From the NCBI GenBank assembly GCA_050633305.1, contig JBOEGF010000018.1, positions 512,001 to 576,000 of the forward strand: a DNA stretch of 64,000 nt, read 5' to 3'. The position numbers and the translations under genes are program-made. The notes under the pieces are model-generated. The model was not told where the DNA came from. It worked only from the letters and a program-made list of their open reading frames with translations, and did no database searches. Position 1 is the stretch's first letter. Each line of letters begins with the position of its first letter. Below, piece by piece: positions 47,240 through 58,460 of the stretch. This DNA comes from Nannocystales bacterium. Lineage in GTDB: Bacteria; Myxococcota_A; Polyangia; Nannocystales; Nannocystaceae.

Positions 47240-48466
47240 GTGCCGGCGCTGAGCGGAACCCGAGTCGTCGACTTTACCCAGAACCTCCCAGGGCCGTACA
47301 CCACGATGGTGCTGCGCTCGATGGGGGCGGAGGTCGTGAAGATCGAGCCGCCCCGGGGTGACCCGGCACGCGTGTTTCCTCGTCTGTTCGACATTCTCAA
47401 CGCCGGCAAGGACAGCGTTGTGGCTGACCTTCGTGAGACCTCGATTCGAGACGCGGTACGGGCTCTCATCGCCGAGGCGGACGTGGTCGTCGAGGGCTTT
47501 CGGCCGGGGGTGATGGCGCGATTCGGCCTGGGTCCGGACGAGATCGCGAAGGCGTTTCCCAAGGTCGTCTACTGTTCGATCAGCGGGTACGGGCAGGAGG
47601 GCCCGTACCGCGACCATCCTGGGCATGACCTCAACTTCCAAGCGCTGACGGGCGTGTGCCACATGCTTCGGGATGACCGGGGCCGTCCGCTCGGTGGGGC
47701 GCTGCCGTTCGGCGACCTGTCCGCCGCAATGACCGCGACCACCGGAATCCTCGGGGCTCTCCTCGAGCGCGTACGGACCGGGCAGGGACAGATCCTCGAC
47801 GTGGCGATCGTCGATGCGCTGCTGAGCTGGACGTACGTGTGGACCGAGGGGCTCACGCCGGGGGATGCGAGTCTTGCCGACGCGGCTGAGCCCACCGCGA
47901 ACGCCATGCGCCGCGCCTCCGAGGCGCTCCCAGGCGCTCTGGGCTCCATCGTCGGCAAGTTGGCCGACAGCCTCTCGCAGGGGAGGGGACGGGCAACGTT
48001 GGAGGCCGTGGGCGAGCGGTTGCGGCAGACGAAGCGGGTGCAGAACATGGAACGGCTGCGGCTGCACACGCTCCCGCACTACACCGTGTACCGAACCTCG
48101 GACGAGCGATACCTCAGCATCGGCGTGGTCGACGAGGACAAGTTCTGGCGGAAGACGTGCGAGGTCCTCGACCTCTCGGGAGCCGCGGGCCTCCCGCTGT
48201 GGGGACGCTTTTTGGCTGCGGCCCCGCTGCGAACTCGCATCGCGGTGCGGATCGAAGAACAGCCGCTCGCGCTGTGGATCGAACGTTTTCGGGAGGCGGG
48301 CGTCCCCGTGGCTCCGGTCTTGTCCGTGGACGAAGCTATGCAGGACGCTCAGCTACAGACTCGTCGTCCCAGCAGCGGCCCCGTCCGTGGACCGTTCTCC
48401 CTGGGAGAGCCCGTCGATGCCGCGCCGCCGCGTCTCGGTGAGCACACGCAGCGCTGGCTGTCTTGA
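47240..48466 (+). CDS. CaiB/BaiF family III CoA-transferase
   Basis: LPGPY, GAEVVKIEPP.GD, EGFRPGV, GYGQ.GP, GHDLN. Confidence 0.92.
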   Translation: MPALSGTRVVDFTQNLPGPYTTMVLRSMGAEVVKIEPPRGDPARVFPRLFDILNAGKDSVVADLRETSIRDAVRALIAEADVVVEGFRPGVMARFGLGPDEIAKAFPKVVYCSISGYGQEGPYRDHPGHDLNFQALTGVCHMLRDDRGRPLGGALPFGDLSAAMTATTGILGALLERVRTGQGQILDVAIVDALLSWTYVWTEGLTPGDASLADAAEPTANAMRRASEALPGALGSIVGKLADSLSQGRGRATLEAVGERLRQTKRVQNMERLRLHTLPHYTVYRTSDERYLSIGVVDEDKFWRKTCEVLDLSGAAGLPLWGRFLAAAPLRTRIAVRIEEQPLALWIERFREAGVPVAPVLSVDEAMQDAQLQTRRPSSGPVRGPFSLGEPVDAAPPRLGEHTQRWLS

Positions 48467-48485
48467 GTCTTTGGCCGGCCGGCGC

Positions 48486-49067
48486 TCAGACGCGCTGCCA
48501 GTGGTCGAGCTCGTCTTCGATGCTCGACAGTTCGATCGCCGCGGTCGCGAATGCGTCGCCGAAGTAGGCGACGTCGCAGAAGAGGTTGCAGTCCGCGGTG
48601 TCGCATTCGCCTGCGATGCCGCACTCGAGCTGAAGCGCCCATCCGGCGCAGTCGAGCGTATCCCAGCCGTCTGGGTCAGCGTCGGTCTGCGACGTCGGTT
48701 CATCGTCGGTGGCCGACGGAATGGTGTCTTCCTCGTCTGCTTGGTCCGCGGCGACGCTCAGCGAGCGGACCCGGCCCTCGGTGCAGGACAGGTCGAGCAG
48801 GACGCTCTGGGAGTCTTCGGCCATGTTCCCGGAGGCCGAGAAGTTGACCTGGTACTCGCGCTCCGTCGCGACGAGATGTACGGCGCTCAGGGTCCCCGAG
48901 AGTCCCTCGCGCAACAACAACACGCTGGTCCCTGTGGTCGAGGCGCCATCCCAGCCGCCGACGAGGCGTTCTTCGATCTGCTCTTCGTCCCCGACGAGAC
49001 CGCCGGAGGAGGAGCATCCACCGAGCAGGAGGGATGCACAGACGATTCGAGCTGCAATGCGCTTCAT
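48486..49067 (-). CDS. Hypothetical lipoprotein
   Basis: MKR...LGGC lipobox. Confidence 0.6.
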   Translation of the reverse strand: MKRIAARIVCASLLLGGCSSSGGLVGDEEQIEERLVGGWDGASTTGTSVLLLREGLSGTLSAVHLVATEREYQVNFSASGNMAEDSQSVLLDLSCTEGRVRSLSVAADQADEEDTIPSATDDEPTSQTDADPDGWDTLDCAGWALQLECGIAGECDTADCNLFCDVAYFGDAFATAAIELSSIEDELDHWQRV

Positions 49068-49149
49068 GAGGAACCCACTGCGGCATAGCGTGTCCCTGGC
49101 TTGCACCAAAATTTTCGGCAGAGGTAGGAGCATGTCATACGCCCGCCCG

Positions 49150-50466
49150 ATGCAAACGAAGCACGCACTGAAGGTCCTCGCGGGCGTCTGCACCGGGCTT
49201 CTGGCCGGCTGCGGGAGTGACTTCACGGCCGCGGGAGAGACCGAGGGGGGCACGGAAACGGGAGACGTTGATGTCCCCAATCCCACCGGCGTCAGCGCGG
49301 GTTGGGACGAAGACGAGACGACGGCCGCGGACGGCAGCGGCGGTGTCGGTGGGTGCGGCGAAGAACCAGCATGTTCGGGCGCAACTCCGTTCTGCGTCGA
49401 CGCAGTGTGCGTGGGATGCGACGCACTCGAGAACCCCGACGAAGCGTGCGTCTCCCTCGACCCGGAGCATCCCGTGTGCTCGCCGGACGGATGTGTGCAG
49501 TGCGGCGAGTTCGACGACTCGTTGTGTATTGAAGACACGCCGGTCTGCTCGGACGATGGGCAGTGCCGGGGATGCAGCGCGCATGATGAGTGTGAAACCG
49601 CGTGTGATTTGGAGACGGGTTGGTGCTTCGACGAAGCCGTCGTCGTCGGGGAAGATGGCATGACCACAGCGGGGGCGCTCTCGGCCGCGATCGAAGGCGT
49701 TCCGCCGGGCGGTCGCATCGCCGTCCGTTGGTCACCGGGGGCGCAGTGCATCCTGGACACGTTGAGCATCACCGACGGTCGGTCGGTCGCGTTGCTTGGC
49801 GAACCGGGCGCCCGTCCATGCATGACCTCCTGGGACGATCAGGCGGCAATCACGGTCTCCGAGGGCAGTTCGCTGTACCTGGTGGACGTCCGTATCGAAG
49901 AATCGTACGGAACTGCGGTCGAGGTTCGCGGTGCATCACTCTACGCAGAGCGGGTGGAGTTGGTGAACAACAGCGGAGGCGCGGTATCGATCAGCCAGGA
50001 CGCCTACCTCAGTTTGCGCAACGCGATGGTCGGTGGCGACCGCAACAACGTCTCCGTGTTGCGAAGCCATACCTCGACGCTCGATGTCGCCTACTCGAGC
50101 ATCGTGGCGGGATATGGCGATGCCCAGGGGATCGTCTGCGACGGCGACAACGCGGTCTCCGTACGCAACAGCATTGTCCTCAGCGAGGGGTCGGTGGGGG
50201 AGATCGACTGCCCTCAGGCTGACGTCAGCTACAGTGCCTTGGAGGCGGTCTTCGGCGAAGGGAACGTCGCGGTCGGCGCGGTGGATACGGGCCGCTGGTT
50301 CGAGGACTACCCGGCCGGAGACCTTCACCTTCGGTACGACACGCTCGGGATGCCGTTCGAGGATGTCGCGCAGTGGGCCAAGGGAGACCCGCTCGTCGAC
50401 CTCGATGGTGATCCTCGGCCTGGGGTCTCGGACGCGCAAGACTGGGCCGGAGCCGACATCCCATAG
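49150..50466 (+). CDS. Cys-rich lipoprotein with beta-helix-like C-terminus
   Basis: LAGC lipobox, Cys repeats, NN.GG, D.HL, DLDGDPR..GAD. Confidence 0.7.
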   Translation: MQTKHALKVLAGVCTGLLAGCGSDFTAAGETEGGTETGDVDVPNPTGVSAGWDEDETTAADGSGGVGGCGEEPACSGATPFCVDAVCVGCDALENPDEACVSLDPEHPVCSPDGCVQCGEFDDSLCIEDTPVCSDDGQCRGCSAHDECETACDLETGWCFDEAVVVGEDGMTTAGALSAAIEGVPPGGRIAVRWSPGAQCILDTLSITDGRSVALLGEPGARPCMTSWDDQAAITVSEGSSLYLVDVRIEESYGTAVEVRGASLYAERVELVNNSGGAVSISQDAYLSLRNAMVGGDRNNVSVLRSHTSTLDVAYSSIVAGYGDAQGIVCDGDNAVSVRNSIVLSEGSVGEIDCPQADVSYSALEAVFGEGNVAVGAVDTGRWFEDYPAGDLHLRYDTLGMPFEDVAQWAKGDPLVDLDGDPRPGVSDAQDWAGADIP

Positions 50467-50495
50467 CCTCCCCAGGCTGCGGTACCGTGAGTGGG

Positions 50496-51611
50496 ATGAA
50501 GACGAAGGCCGCCGTCGCACACAAAGCCGGAGCACCCCTGTCGATCGAGGAGGTCGAACTCGACGCCCCGCGGGCCGGGGAAGTGTTGATCGAGATGAAG
50601 GCGACCGGCGTCTGCCACACGGACGCGTACACGATGTCGGGTGCCGATCCGGAGGGGATTTTCCCTTCAGTCCTCGGACACGAAGGCGCCGGAGTTGTGG
50701 TCGAAGTCGGCGCCGATGTCCGCTCGCTCAAGGTGGGCGACCACGTCATTCCGCTGTACACGCCGGAGTGCCGAGAGTGTTCGTATTGCACCTCGGGCAA
50801 GACGAACCTTTGCCAGGCAATTCGCTCGACGCAAGGCAAGGGACTGATGCCTGATGGAACCTCGCGTTTGTCGATCGGGAACGAGCGACTGTACCACTAC
50901 ATGGGAACCTCGACGTTCGCCAACCATGCGGTGGTTCCCGAGATCGCGGTCGCCAAGATCCGCGAGGACGCTCCGTTCGACAAGGTCTGCTACATCGGCT
51001 GCGGTGTCACCACGGGGATCGGAGCGGTGATCAACACCGCCAAGGTCGCCCCGGGGGACAACGTTGTGGTGTTTGGTTTGGGTGGGATTGGTCTCAACGT
51101 GATCCAGGGCGCTCGGATGGCAGGGGCGAACATGATCGTCGGGGTCGACCTCAACCCGCGACGCCAAGCGCTGGCCGAGAAGTTCGGCATGACGCACTTC
51201 GTCAACGCCGGTGACGTCCCCGAAGGTGAGCTCGTCCCGCACCTGGTCAACCTCACCGGTGGGGGCGCGGACTACTCGTTCGAGTGTGTCGGGAACGTCA
51301 AGGTGATGCGTGACGCCCTCGAGTGCTGCCACAAGGGGTGGGGCACTTCGATCATCATCGGGGTCGCTGGGGCGGGCGAGGAAATCTCCACCCGGCCGTT
51401 CCAACTCGTCACGGGCCGGAACTGGCGAGGTTCTGCGTTCGGTGGTGCGAAGGGCCGGACCGACGTGCCGAAGATCGTGGATTGGTACATGGACGGAAAA
51501 ATCGAGATCGACGACCTCATCACGCACACCATGCCGCTGCAGGACATCAACAAGGCGTTCGACTTGATGCACCAAGGCGAATCGATCCGTTCGGTTGTCA
51601 CCTTCGATTGA
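50496..51611 (+). CDS. frmA: S-(hydroxymethyl)glutathione dehydrogenase / class III ADH
   Basis: [35 protein letters not shown]. Confidence 0.96.
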   Translation: MKTKAAVAHKAGAPLSIEEVELDAPRAGEVLIEMKATGVCHTDAYTMSGADPEGIFPSVLGHEGAGVVVEVGADVRSLKVGDHVIPLYTPECRECSYCTSGKTNLCQAIRSTQGKGLMPDGTSRLSIGNERLYHYMGTSTFANHAVVPEIAVAKIREDAPFDKVCYIGCGVTTGIGAVINTAKVAPGDNVVVFGLGGIGLNVIQGARMAGANMIVGVDLNPRRQALAEKFGMTHFVNAGDVPEGELVPHLVNLTGGGADYSFECVGNVKVMRDALECCHKGWGTSIIIGVAGAGEEISTRPFQLVTGRNWRGSAFGGAKGRTDVPKIVDWYMDGKIEIDDLITHTMPLQDINKAFDLMHQGESIRSVVTFD

Positions 51612-51624
51612 GACGAACACCTCG

Positions 51625-52305
51625 ATGTTTATCCATCAGTACGAACTCGGGCCTTGGGACAACTTCCAGTACTTCATCGGGGACCGCGAGAAGCGGGTCG
51701 CGGCGGTCGTTGATCCTGCTTGGCACCTCAAGTCGATCCTCGACCAGGAGGGCGAACTCGATGTTCGCATCGAGGCGATCTTGTGCACCCACAGCCACTT
51801 CGACCATGTGGACCAGGTCGAGCACCTGTTGAAGGAGCGTGATGTACCGGTCTACATGCTCCGCGAGGAGATCGACTTCTCTGGGTTCCGTTGCGAAAAC
51901 CTGCGCCCGGTCTCTCCTGGAGAAACCCTGAATGTCGGCGGCGTCGCGATCGACGTCTTGCACACGCCCGGGCATACCCCGGGGTCGGTGTGCTTTCGTG
52001 TGCAAGACAATCTGGTGACCGGGGACACGCTCTTCGTCGATGGTTGCGGACGCTGTGACTTCGTCGGCGGGGACCCCGAAATCATGTTCGCGACGTTGCG
52101 CAAGTTGATCGATGACCTGCCGTCGGAGACCACGATGTATCCCGGGCACCACTACGGGCCGACACCCGCAGCTACGCTTGATGCTCAGCTGAAGTCCAAC
52201 CCATACCTCAAGCTCGGAACCGTGGCTGAGTTTGTCGCGCACCGAATGAGCGGGAAGAACCCGGGGGCAGTCGTTCCGCCGCCGCCGGATTGGGCGCCCT
52301 CCTAG
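51625..52305 (+). CDS. Glyoxalase II-like MBL hydrolase
   Basis: THSHFDH, TPGHTPG, TGDTLF..GCGR, PGH.Y. Confidence 0.88.
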   Translation: MFIHQYELGPWDNFQYFIGDREKRVAAVVDPAWHLKSILDQEGELDVRIEAILCTHSHFDHVDQVEHLLKERDVPVYMLREEIDFSGFRCENLRPVSPGETLNVGGVAIDVLHTPGHTPGSVCFRVQDNLVTGDTLFVDGCGRCDFVGGDPEIMFATLRKLIDDLPSETTMYPGHHYGPTPAATLDAQLKSNPYLKLGTVAEFVAHRMSGKNPGAVVPPPPDWAPS

Positions 52306-52365
52306 CCATCGAGCGCGCAAGGGAACCTTCATCCTCGTTGAACGCACCTTCACGGGAGCACGAGG

Positions 52366-53475
52366 ATGCGGACGATGAACCGAGCGCTTTCGACCCAGGC
52401 ATGGATCCTGCTGGCCTGCTTGGCAGGGTGCGACGGGGAGTCCTCCGGACCTGCAGAAACCGACCCCTCGAGGGGAAACGACGTCTCGTCGAGCCCGGGG
52501 GAGCCTTCCGCGTCGACGGGGACCGCATCGACGACAGGCGGTGGACCCCAAGGGGAAGGGACGTCGAACGCTACGAGGGGCGCCACGTCCAGCCAGAGCG
52601 ACGGTGAGGGCGCGGGACCCGAGACTACGGACGACCCCGGTTCGGGGTTCTGTCCTGCTGGGACACTTCCTCCAGGTCGCTACGATGGTGTGTCGTTGGA
52701 ACATGGCGGGCTGAGTCGGACCTACGACCTCTACATCCCCGAGACCGTCGACGTCACTCAGCCCGCGACGCTGGTGCTGAACTTCCACGGTCTGCTCGGT
52801 AACCCGGCGCAGCAGGCGGTGTTTTCCCTGTACGACGCGGCTGCCGCCGACGCGGGAGTGATCGTGGCGTACCCGGCTGGAACTTCGAACTCTTGGAACT
52901 CCGGCCTGTGCTGCGGAGGTGCACAGAGCTCTGGGATCGACGATGTCGGGTTTGCGCGCACGGTCGTTCAGCACATCGGGCTGGGCTCATGTGTCGACAC
53001 CGCGAAGGTCTTCGCGATCGGGATGTCCAACGGTGGTCACATGGCGCACCGTCTGGCGTGCGAGGCTGCGGATGTTTTTGCAGGGGTTGCTTCCGTTGCG
53101 GGTGTGTTGACGATGCTGGAGTGCAGCCCAGCCCGACCGATCTCGGTGCAGCAGTTCCACGGGACCGCGGACACGATCGTTCGGTATGATGGCGTCGGAC
53201 CCGGCTTCCCGGGCGCTCGCGACACGATGCAGAGTTGGGCCGCCCGCAACGGCTGTGCCCCGGTTCCCAATGTCACCCATCAACAAGGGGACTCGACGTG
53301 CGAGACTTGGACAGCGTGTGACGACGGCGTGGAGGTGACGTTGTGCACGGTGGAGGGCGGTGGGCATTGTTGGCCCGGGAACGCGAGCTGCACCTTCGGG
53401 TCCAGCACCACGGATGTGGCCGCGAACGACGTGTTCGCGCAACTGATGGCGAGTCAGTCTCTCCCCGGAGGCTGA
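52366..53475 (+). CDS. LpqC/PHB-depolymerase-like esterase lipoprotein
   Basis: LVLNFHG, WN...CCG, DDVGF, GMSNGG, HGTAD, GGGHCWPG. Confidence 0.85.
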   Translation: MRTMNRALSTQAWILLACLAGCDGESSGPAETDPSRGNDVSSSPGEPSASTGTASTTGGGPQGEGTSNATRGATSSQSDGEGAGPETTDDPGSGFCPAGTLPPGRYDGVSLEHGGLSRTYDLYIPETVDVTQPATLVLNFHGLLGNPAQQAVFSLYDAAAADAGVIVAYPAGTSNSWNSGLCCGGAQSSGIDDVGFARTVVQHIGLGSCVDTAKVFAIGMSNGGHMAHRLACEAADVFAGVASVAGVLTMLECSPARPISVQQFHGTADTIVRYDGVGPGFPGARDTMQSWAARNGCAPVPNVTHQQGDSTCETWTACDDGVEVTLCTVEGGGHCWPGNASCTFGSSTTDVAANDVFAQLMASQSLPGG

Positions 53476-53829
53476 CATGCTGTGAGCCTCGGCTCGCGTT
53501 TCGGACCGCCCGGGCATGCCCGGGAGGTCGAGGGCGGAGTGTTGCGGCGCCCGCGGGGGGACAGCCGATTCTCGGCGACGTGGAACTCTCCGGCGATTTC
53601 GACCCGTTTTCGGACGGGTTTGGGGGGGATTGGCTTCACTTTCAGCCCGATGCCGGGGCGTCCCGCTGCGATGATCCTCAGAGATGAGTGCGGGTCCGTG
53701 GGAGGATGAAGGGCGTGGGGAACACCGAGGTCTGCAGGATGTCCGAGCGGCTCGCGCCTGCTGCGGTGATACGTGCCCTGGAGAACAGGCCTCGCTCGGC
53801 CGCGGCTGTCTCGGTGAAGGAGGCTGTGG

Positions 53830-55956
53830 ATGAGTGATTCGCCCGACGAGCTGTCGCGATGGAAACGGATCGCTCAAGAAGAGGTCAGCGCACGCAAGGA
53901 GGCTGAGCTGCGTCTGACGCAGAGGACCTCCGAACTCCAAGAGGGGAAGGCCCAGTGGGACCGGGACATGGCGACGCGGACGGCCGAACTCGTTCGCGCG
54001 CGGGACGAGGCGATTGCAGCAGGCCGAGCTCGAACCGACTTCTTGGCCCGGATGAGCCACGAAATTCGCACTCCGATGAACGCGGTCATCGGGATGGCGG
54101 AGCTTCTGTTGATGGAGAAGCTCGACCCGACGGTCAACCAGGGAATCCAGACGATCCGCAGCGCATCGGATGCACTGCTCGAACTGGTCAACGACATCCT
54201 CGACTTCTCCAAGATCGAGGCCGGCGGGCTGTCGCTGTGTCCCGAGGAGTTCAACCTGGGCGAGCAGGTCAGCAGCATCATCGAGCTGATGGCGGTGCCC
54301 GCGAGAAAGCGGGGGCTCGAACTCCGTGTGGACATGGATCCTCGGACGAGCGGCGTGATGTTCGGGGACGAGTCGCGGCTTCGACAGGTGTTGCTCAACC
54401 TGATCGGCAACGCCGTCAAGTTCACCGAGAAGGGGTTTGTCGAGTTGCGGATTGGCGTGGCCGAGGCCCAGGGAGACCGGCTGTGCCTCGAATTCTGCGT
54501 CTCCGATTCGGGGCCAGGAATCCCCAAGGAATCGCACGAGGCGGTGTTCGAGGTCTTCGAGCAAGTCGACGGGTCTTCGACGCGTCGCCATGGCGGGACG
54601 GGGTTGGGGCTCGCCATCTCGCGCCGACTCGTCGACCTCTTTGGCGGGCGGATGTGGGTGCAAAGCGAGGTGGGGCAGGGCGCCGAGTTCTACTTCACCG
54701 TTTGGCTGCGACGGGTTCGCAATGCGACACAGGTACCGATCCCCCCGTGGAGTGTGCTGCTGATGACCCAGGACGCTTCGATCATCGACGCGACGCGCCG
54801 GTTGGTTCGGCCAACAGGGGGAACTGTGCTCGCGGTCGCAGGGGGCCTCGCTGCGGTCTGCCAACTCGCCAACGCGGCCGCGGTCGGCCGTTCGTTCGAC
54901 GTGGTCATGCTCAGTGGTGACAGCGTTGAGGTCGGGACGGTACTTCCGACGATCCGGTCGCTCCCGGAGTTGTCCTCCATACGCACGGTTGGCTTTGGCG
55001 TGCCGGACTCGTCGGACCTGGAGTTGACCCACTCGGTTGCGACGGACATGACCGACGTCGCCGTCGGAGCGGCACTGCGAGCGCTCGCCAACGCCGAGGG
55101 GAAACGCGCCGATGTGCCCCTTCCTGTTGTCGGGACACGGGGCGCGACCATCTTGATTGTTGACGACAACCCCGCCAACCGAGCGATCACGGCCCGGCTG
55201 TTGGAGAAGGTCGGGTATGTCGTGCAGACGGCCCGCGATGGTGGTGAAGCGCTCTCGGCTGCGACGTCGAGCGACTTCGATCTGATCTTCATGGATGTGC
55301 AGATGCCCGGGCTCGATGGAGTCGCGGCGACGGAGCGCATCCGTGGATGGGAGTCCATGCGGGGCCGACCCAAGGTCCCCATCGTAGGTCTCTCCGCGCT
55401 GACCGCCCCCGAGGAACTCGCGCGTTGCCGACTCGCGGGGATGGACGACTTCCTCACCAAGCCCGTTCGCGCGGCGGCGTTGTTCGAGACCGTGCAGCGG
55501 GTCTTGAGCGAGGCGGAGGCCATGGCGTTGGCGGCGGGAGAACCTCAGAGGCCGACCCTGGCCGAGCGACTCGCTTCGGACGAAGTTTCCGAGAAATTTG
55601 GCGACGACGCGGAGTCGGTTCGGCTGTGCCTCGAAGTTTTTCTCGCGTCGAAGCCGGAGTACGTGGAGCAGATTCGTTCAGGGGTCACCGCCGGGGATCC
55701 GGAGGCGCTGCGGCGGGTGGGCCATTCGCTTGCGGGATCGTTCGTAGGGATCCTCAGGCCTCATCTTCTCGAACACGCTCGCGCACTCGAAGGCGAAGCG
55801 CGGGCCACGGCGCGATCCGAAGGCTCGCTGGATGGGGCCATCGAGCTTTCGGAGCGGTTGATAGGGGTTCTCGAAGAGATCGAGCGCGAGGTTCGGATGC
55901 ACATGGAGGCCGGGCAGCCCATCGGCACCCCAGAGGAGCCGCGCCAGGTCACATGA
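53830..55956 (+). CDS. Hybrid sensor histidine kinase (HisKA-HATPase-REC-Hpt)
   Basis: MSHEIRTPMN, NL.GNA.KFT, GGTGLGL, FMDVQMP, Hpt H.L.GS. Confidence 0.93.
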   Translation: MSDSPDELSRWKRIAQEEVSARKEAELRLTQRTSELQEGKAQWDRDMATRTAELVRARDEAIAAGRARTDFLARMSHEIRTPMNAVIGMAELLLMEKLDPTVNQGIQTIRSASDALLELVNDILDFSKIEAGGLSLCPEEFNLGEQVSSIIELMAVPARKRGLELRVDMDPRTSGVMFGDESRLRQVLLNLIGNAVKFTEKGFVELRIGVAEAQGDRLCLEFCVSDSGPGIPKESHEAVFEVFEQVDGSSTRRHGGTGLGLAISRRLVDLFGGRMWVQSEVGQGAEFYFTVWLRRVRNATQVPIPPWSVLLMTQDASIIDATRRLVRPTGGTVLAVAGGLAAVCQLANAAAVGRSFDVVMLSGDSVEVGTVLPTIRSLPELSSIRTVGFGVPDSSDLELTHSVATDMTDVAVGAALRALANAEGKRADVPLPVVGTRGATILIVDDNPANRAITARLLEKVGYVVQTARDGGEALSAATSSDFDLIFMDVQMPGLDGVAATERIRGWESMRGRPKVPIVGLSALTAPEELARCRLAGMDDFLTKPVRAAALFETVQRVLSEAEAMALAAGEPQRPTLAERLASDEVSEKFGDDAESVRLCLEVFLASKPEYVEQIRSGVTAGDPEALRRVGHSLAGSFVGILRPHLLEHARALEGEARATARSEGSLDGAIELSERLIGVLEEIEREVRMHMEAGQPIGTPEEPRQVT

Positions 55957-56030
55957 GGGCGTCAGCGGCTTGACCCATCGGTGTTGCGCGAACCTCGCTC
56001 GGTCCGGATAATCCGCCGTTCCGAGGATCT

Positions 56031-57608
56031 GTGAGCAGCACCAGCCCTGTAACGAAAAGTGGACACCCCAAGGGCCTGTACGTGCTCTTCGGGGCCGAGA
56101 TGTTCGAGCGCCTTTGCTACTACGGCATGCGAGCGCTGCTGGTCCTGTACCTGACCAAGTCGCTGCTCAAGGGCGACCTCGAAGCGTTTGGCATTTACGG
56201 TGCTTACACGGCGTTGGTGTACGCGGCTCCGGTCGCGGGCGGAAAAATCGCGGACAGCATCCTCGGCTACAGGCGCGCGGTGATCCTCGGCGGCCTCATG
56301 ATGGCGGTCGGGGAGTTCATGATCCTCGGCGGCAACGAGTTCTTCTTGTTTGCTGGGATGGCCGTGATCATCATCGGCAACGGGTACTTCAAGGCCAATA
56401 TCTCGACGATCGTGGGTCGCCTCTACGAAGATGGCGACCCTCGTCGAGACTCGGGCTTCACCATCTTCTACATGGGCATCAACCTCGGTGCCTTCCTCGC
56501 CACAGCGCCGCTGTTTGGCGTGGGTCCGCTCGGCGAGCGCTTCGGCTTCACGATCGGCTTCGGCATCGCCGGAGTCGGCATGCTCATCGGCGTCGCGGTG
56601 TTCATCTTGGGCTCGAAGCACTTCGAGGGGACGGGCGACATTCCGGACAAGGAGCGCTACCGCAAGTGGGCGATGCCGACGTACATCGGCTCGATTGCTG
56701 CGGCCCCGGTCCTGTTCATGCTGCTTCGGTACGGCCAAGCGGTCGTTGGCTATGCGCTGGGCGCCATCTTGGTGTTCGTGGTTGCATCCCTGCTGCGTGA
56801 GGCGTTCAAGTCGTCGAAGGAACAGCGCGACCGGATCTTGGTCTTGCTGGTCCTCATGGTCTTCAACGTGACGTTCTGGGCCTGTTTCGAGCAGGCTGGA
56901 AGCTCGCTGACGTTGTTTGCCGACCGAAACGTGGACCGGAACTTCCTCGGTCTGTTCGAGTTCAGCGCTTCGGGAACGCAGTCCTTCAACCCGATCTTCA
57001 TCTTGCTGCTGGGCTCGGTGTTCACGTGGATGTGGGTTGCGCTCGATCGCCGGGGACTCAACCCCAACATCCCGATGAAGTTCGGATTGGGGATTCTGCA
57101 GCTGGGTGTCGGCTACCTGCTGGTCCTCGTCGGTAGCTCGATGGCCGGCGATGCTTCGCTCGTCCCGATCTACATCCTCATGTTCATGTACATGCTGCAC
57201 ACGATGGGAGAGCTGTTCCTCTCGCCGATCGGGCTCAGCATGGTCACGAAGCTTGCGCCCAAGCACATGACTGGCTCGGTCATGGGGGCCTGGTTCCTCA
57301 GTTTCGCGTTCTCGAACTACCTCGCGGCCGCGTTGGCCAAGCTGACGGGCGGCGAGGAAGGCGGCGGCGGACCGATCGAGTCCATCGTTGGCCTTGCCGA
57401 CCGGCACATCAACCCGCCGGGACCCGTGCAGTCGATCGTCGAGAGCGCAGACAAGATTCTCACCCCGGACTTCCTCGAGAAGGCCGCCGAGAGCCTCACC
57501 ACTTACACCGACGCGTATTCCACGATGGGCTACGTCACCGTCGGCATCGGCGTCTTGTTGGTCGCCCTATCCTCACCACTCAACAAGATGATGCACGGCG
57601 TGAAGTGA
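56031..57608 (+). CDS. POT/PTR proton-dependent oligopeptide transporter
   Basis: GHPKGL, EMFER..YYGM, FYMGINLG, GEL..SP.GLS. Confidence 0.93.
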   Translation: MSSTSPVTKSGHPKGLYVLFGAEMFERLCYYGMRALLVLYLTKSLLKGDLEAFGIYGAYTALVYAAPVAGGKIADSILGYRRAVILGGLMMAVGEFMILGGNEFFLFAGMAVIIIGNGYFKANISTIVGRLYEDGDPRRDSGFTIFYMGINLGAFLATAPLFGVGPLGERFGFTIGFGIAGVGMLIGVAVFILGSKHFEGTGDIPDKERYRKWAMPTYIGSIAAAPVLFMLLRYGQAVVGYALGAILVFVVASLLREAFKSSKEQRDRILVLLVLMVFNVTFWACFEQAGSSLTLFADRNVDRNFLGLFEFSASGTQSFNPIFILLLGSVFTWMWVALDRRGLNPNIPMKFGLGILQLGVGYLLVLVGSSMAGDASLVPIYILMFMYMLHTMGELFLSPIGLSMVTKLAPKHMTGSVMGAWFLSFAFSNYLAAALAKLTGGEEGGGGPIESIVGLADRHINPPGPVQSIVESADKILTPDFLEKAAESLTTYTDAYSTMGYVTVGIGVLLVALSSPLNKMMHGVK

Positions 57609-57640
57609 GCCGGCCCGAGCACCCTCAAGGAAACAGAATT

Positions 57641-57910
57641 ATGAAGAACGCGACTCTCATCCTCGGCCTGTGCACGCTCGTTCTCGGTTGCGACAGCAAC
57701 CCCAAATGCGACGAACTCGCCGAACACGTGACGAAGGTACTCGCTGCGGAAAAGGGCGAGGAAATCCCCGACGAGGCCAAGGACAAGGCCAAGAAGGACA
57801 TCGTGGGCGCGTGCAACTCCGAAGCACCGCCAGCTGAAGCGCTCGACTGCGCGCTCAAGGCCGAGACCAAGGCGGCCCTCGTCGCTTGCGACGAACTCGT
57901 CAAGGAGTAG
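57641..57910 (+). CDS. Small Cys-containing lipoprotein
   Basis: VLGC lipobox; AAGGA RBS. Confidence 0.7.
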   Translation: MKNATLILGLCTLVLGCDSNPKCDELAEHVTKVLAAEKGEEIPDEAKDKAKKDIVGACNSEAPPAEALDCALKAETKAALVACDELVKE

Positions 57911-57919
57911 CAGCGCCCT

Positions 57920-58369
57920 TCACCCGTCTCTCGACGGGGGTGGCTCTGAGGACGTTTGGCGGACGGCCGCCTCGTCCCCGGGCCACTGCGGATGCTGCGG
58001 CAAGGCGTCCGTGATCTCGTGCCACGGGGACTTGGAGTCCACGAAAATGTGAGCCTGCGGTGTGCTGCCTGGGTGTTGGTCGAGTCCTCCCAGCGGGAGG
58101 CCGACCACGGTGGGTCGGTTCGCGTAGGTGCTGATGAGGTTGGAGCCGCACGTCCCGCAGAAGTGTTTGGTGACGTTGCCTTGTTTGTAGCCACGCACGC
58201 TGCCCTCACCCCGAACCCAGCGGAACTGATGCGCGGCTACGGATGCTCGGGTGCGGAACGCACTTCCGTGCCACCGTCGACACTTTGAGCAGTGGCAGTT
58301 GAAGATGGGTCCGAGTTCTCCGGCGACCTCGTAGGCGACCGCTTCACACAAACACCGACCGGTGAGCAT
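57920..58369 (-). CDS. GFA family (CENP-V/Gfa) zinc protein
   Basis: G.CLC..V, CHCSKCRR, FC..CGS, HIFV.SK.PW. Confidence 0.9.
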   Translation of the reverse strand: MLTGRCLCEAVAYEVAGELGPIFNCHCSKCRRWHGSAFRTRASVAAHQFRWVRGEGSVRGYKQGNVTKHFCGTCGSNLISTYANRPTVVGLPLGGLDQHPGSTPQAHIFVDSKSPWHEITDALPQHPQWPGDEAAVRQTSSEPPPSRDG

Positions 58370-58460
58370 GGCGGATTCTCGCAGCTGGGCTGCGATGCGG
58401 CAATCGTGTCCGGGTGGCGCGCTGGGCGGGAGGTGTCTTGTTCGTTACCCTCCGCGTTCG

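Noticed and set aside
53476..53829. ncRNA in the gap before the hybrid kinase
   Set aside because: Only short GC hairpins; no family signature.
52987..55032. Long antisense or alternative-frame ORFs (also 4677-6227, 20684-22249, 61655-63847 and many others)
   Set aside because: They overlap well-supported genes, are Arg/Pro-rich and lack motifs; typical high-GC shadow ORFs.
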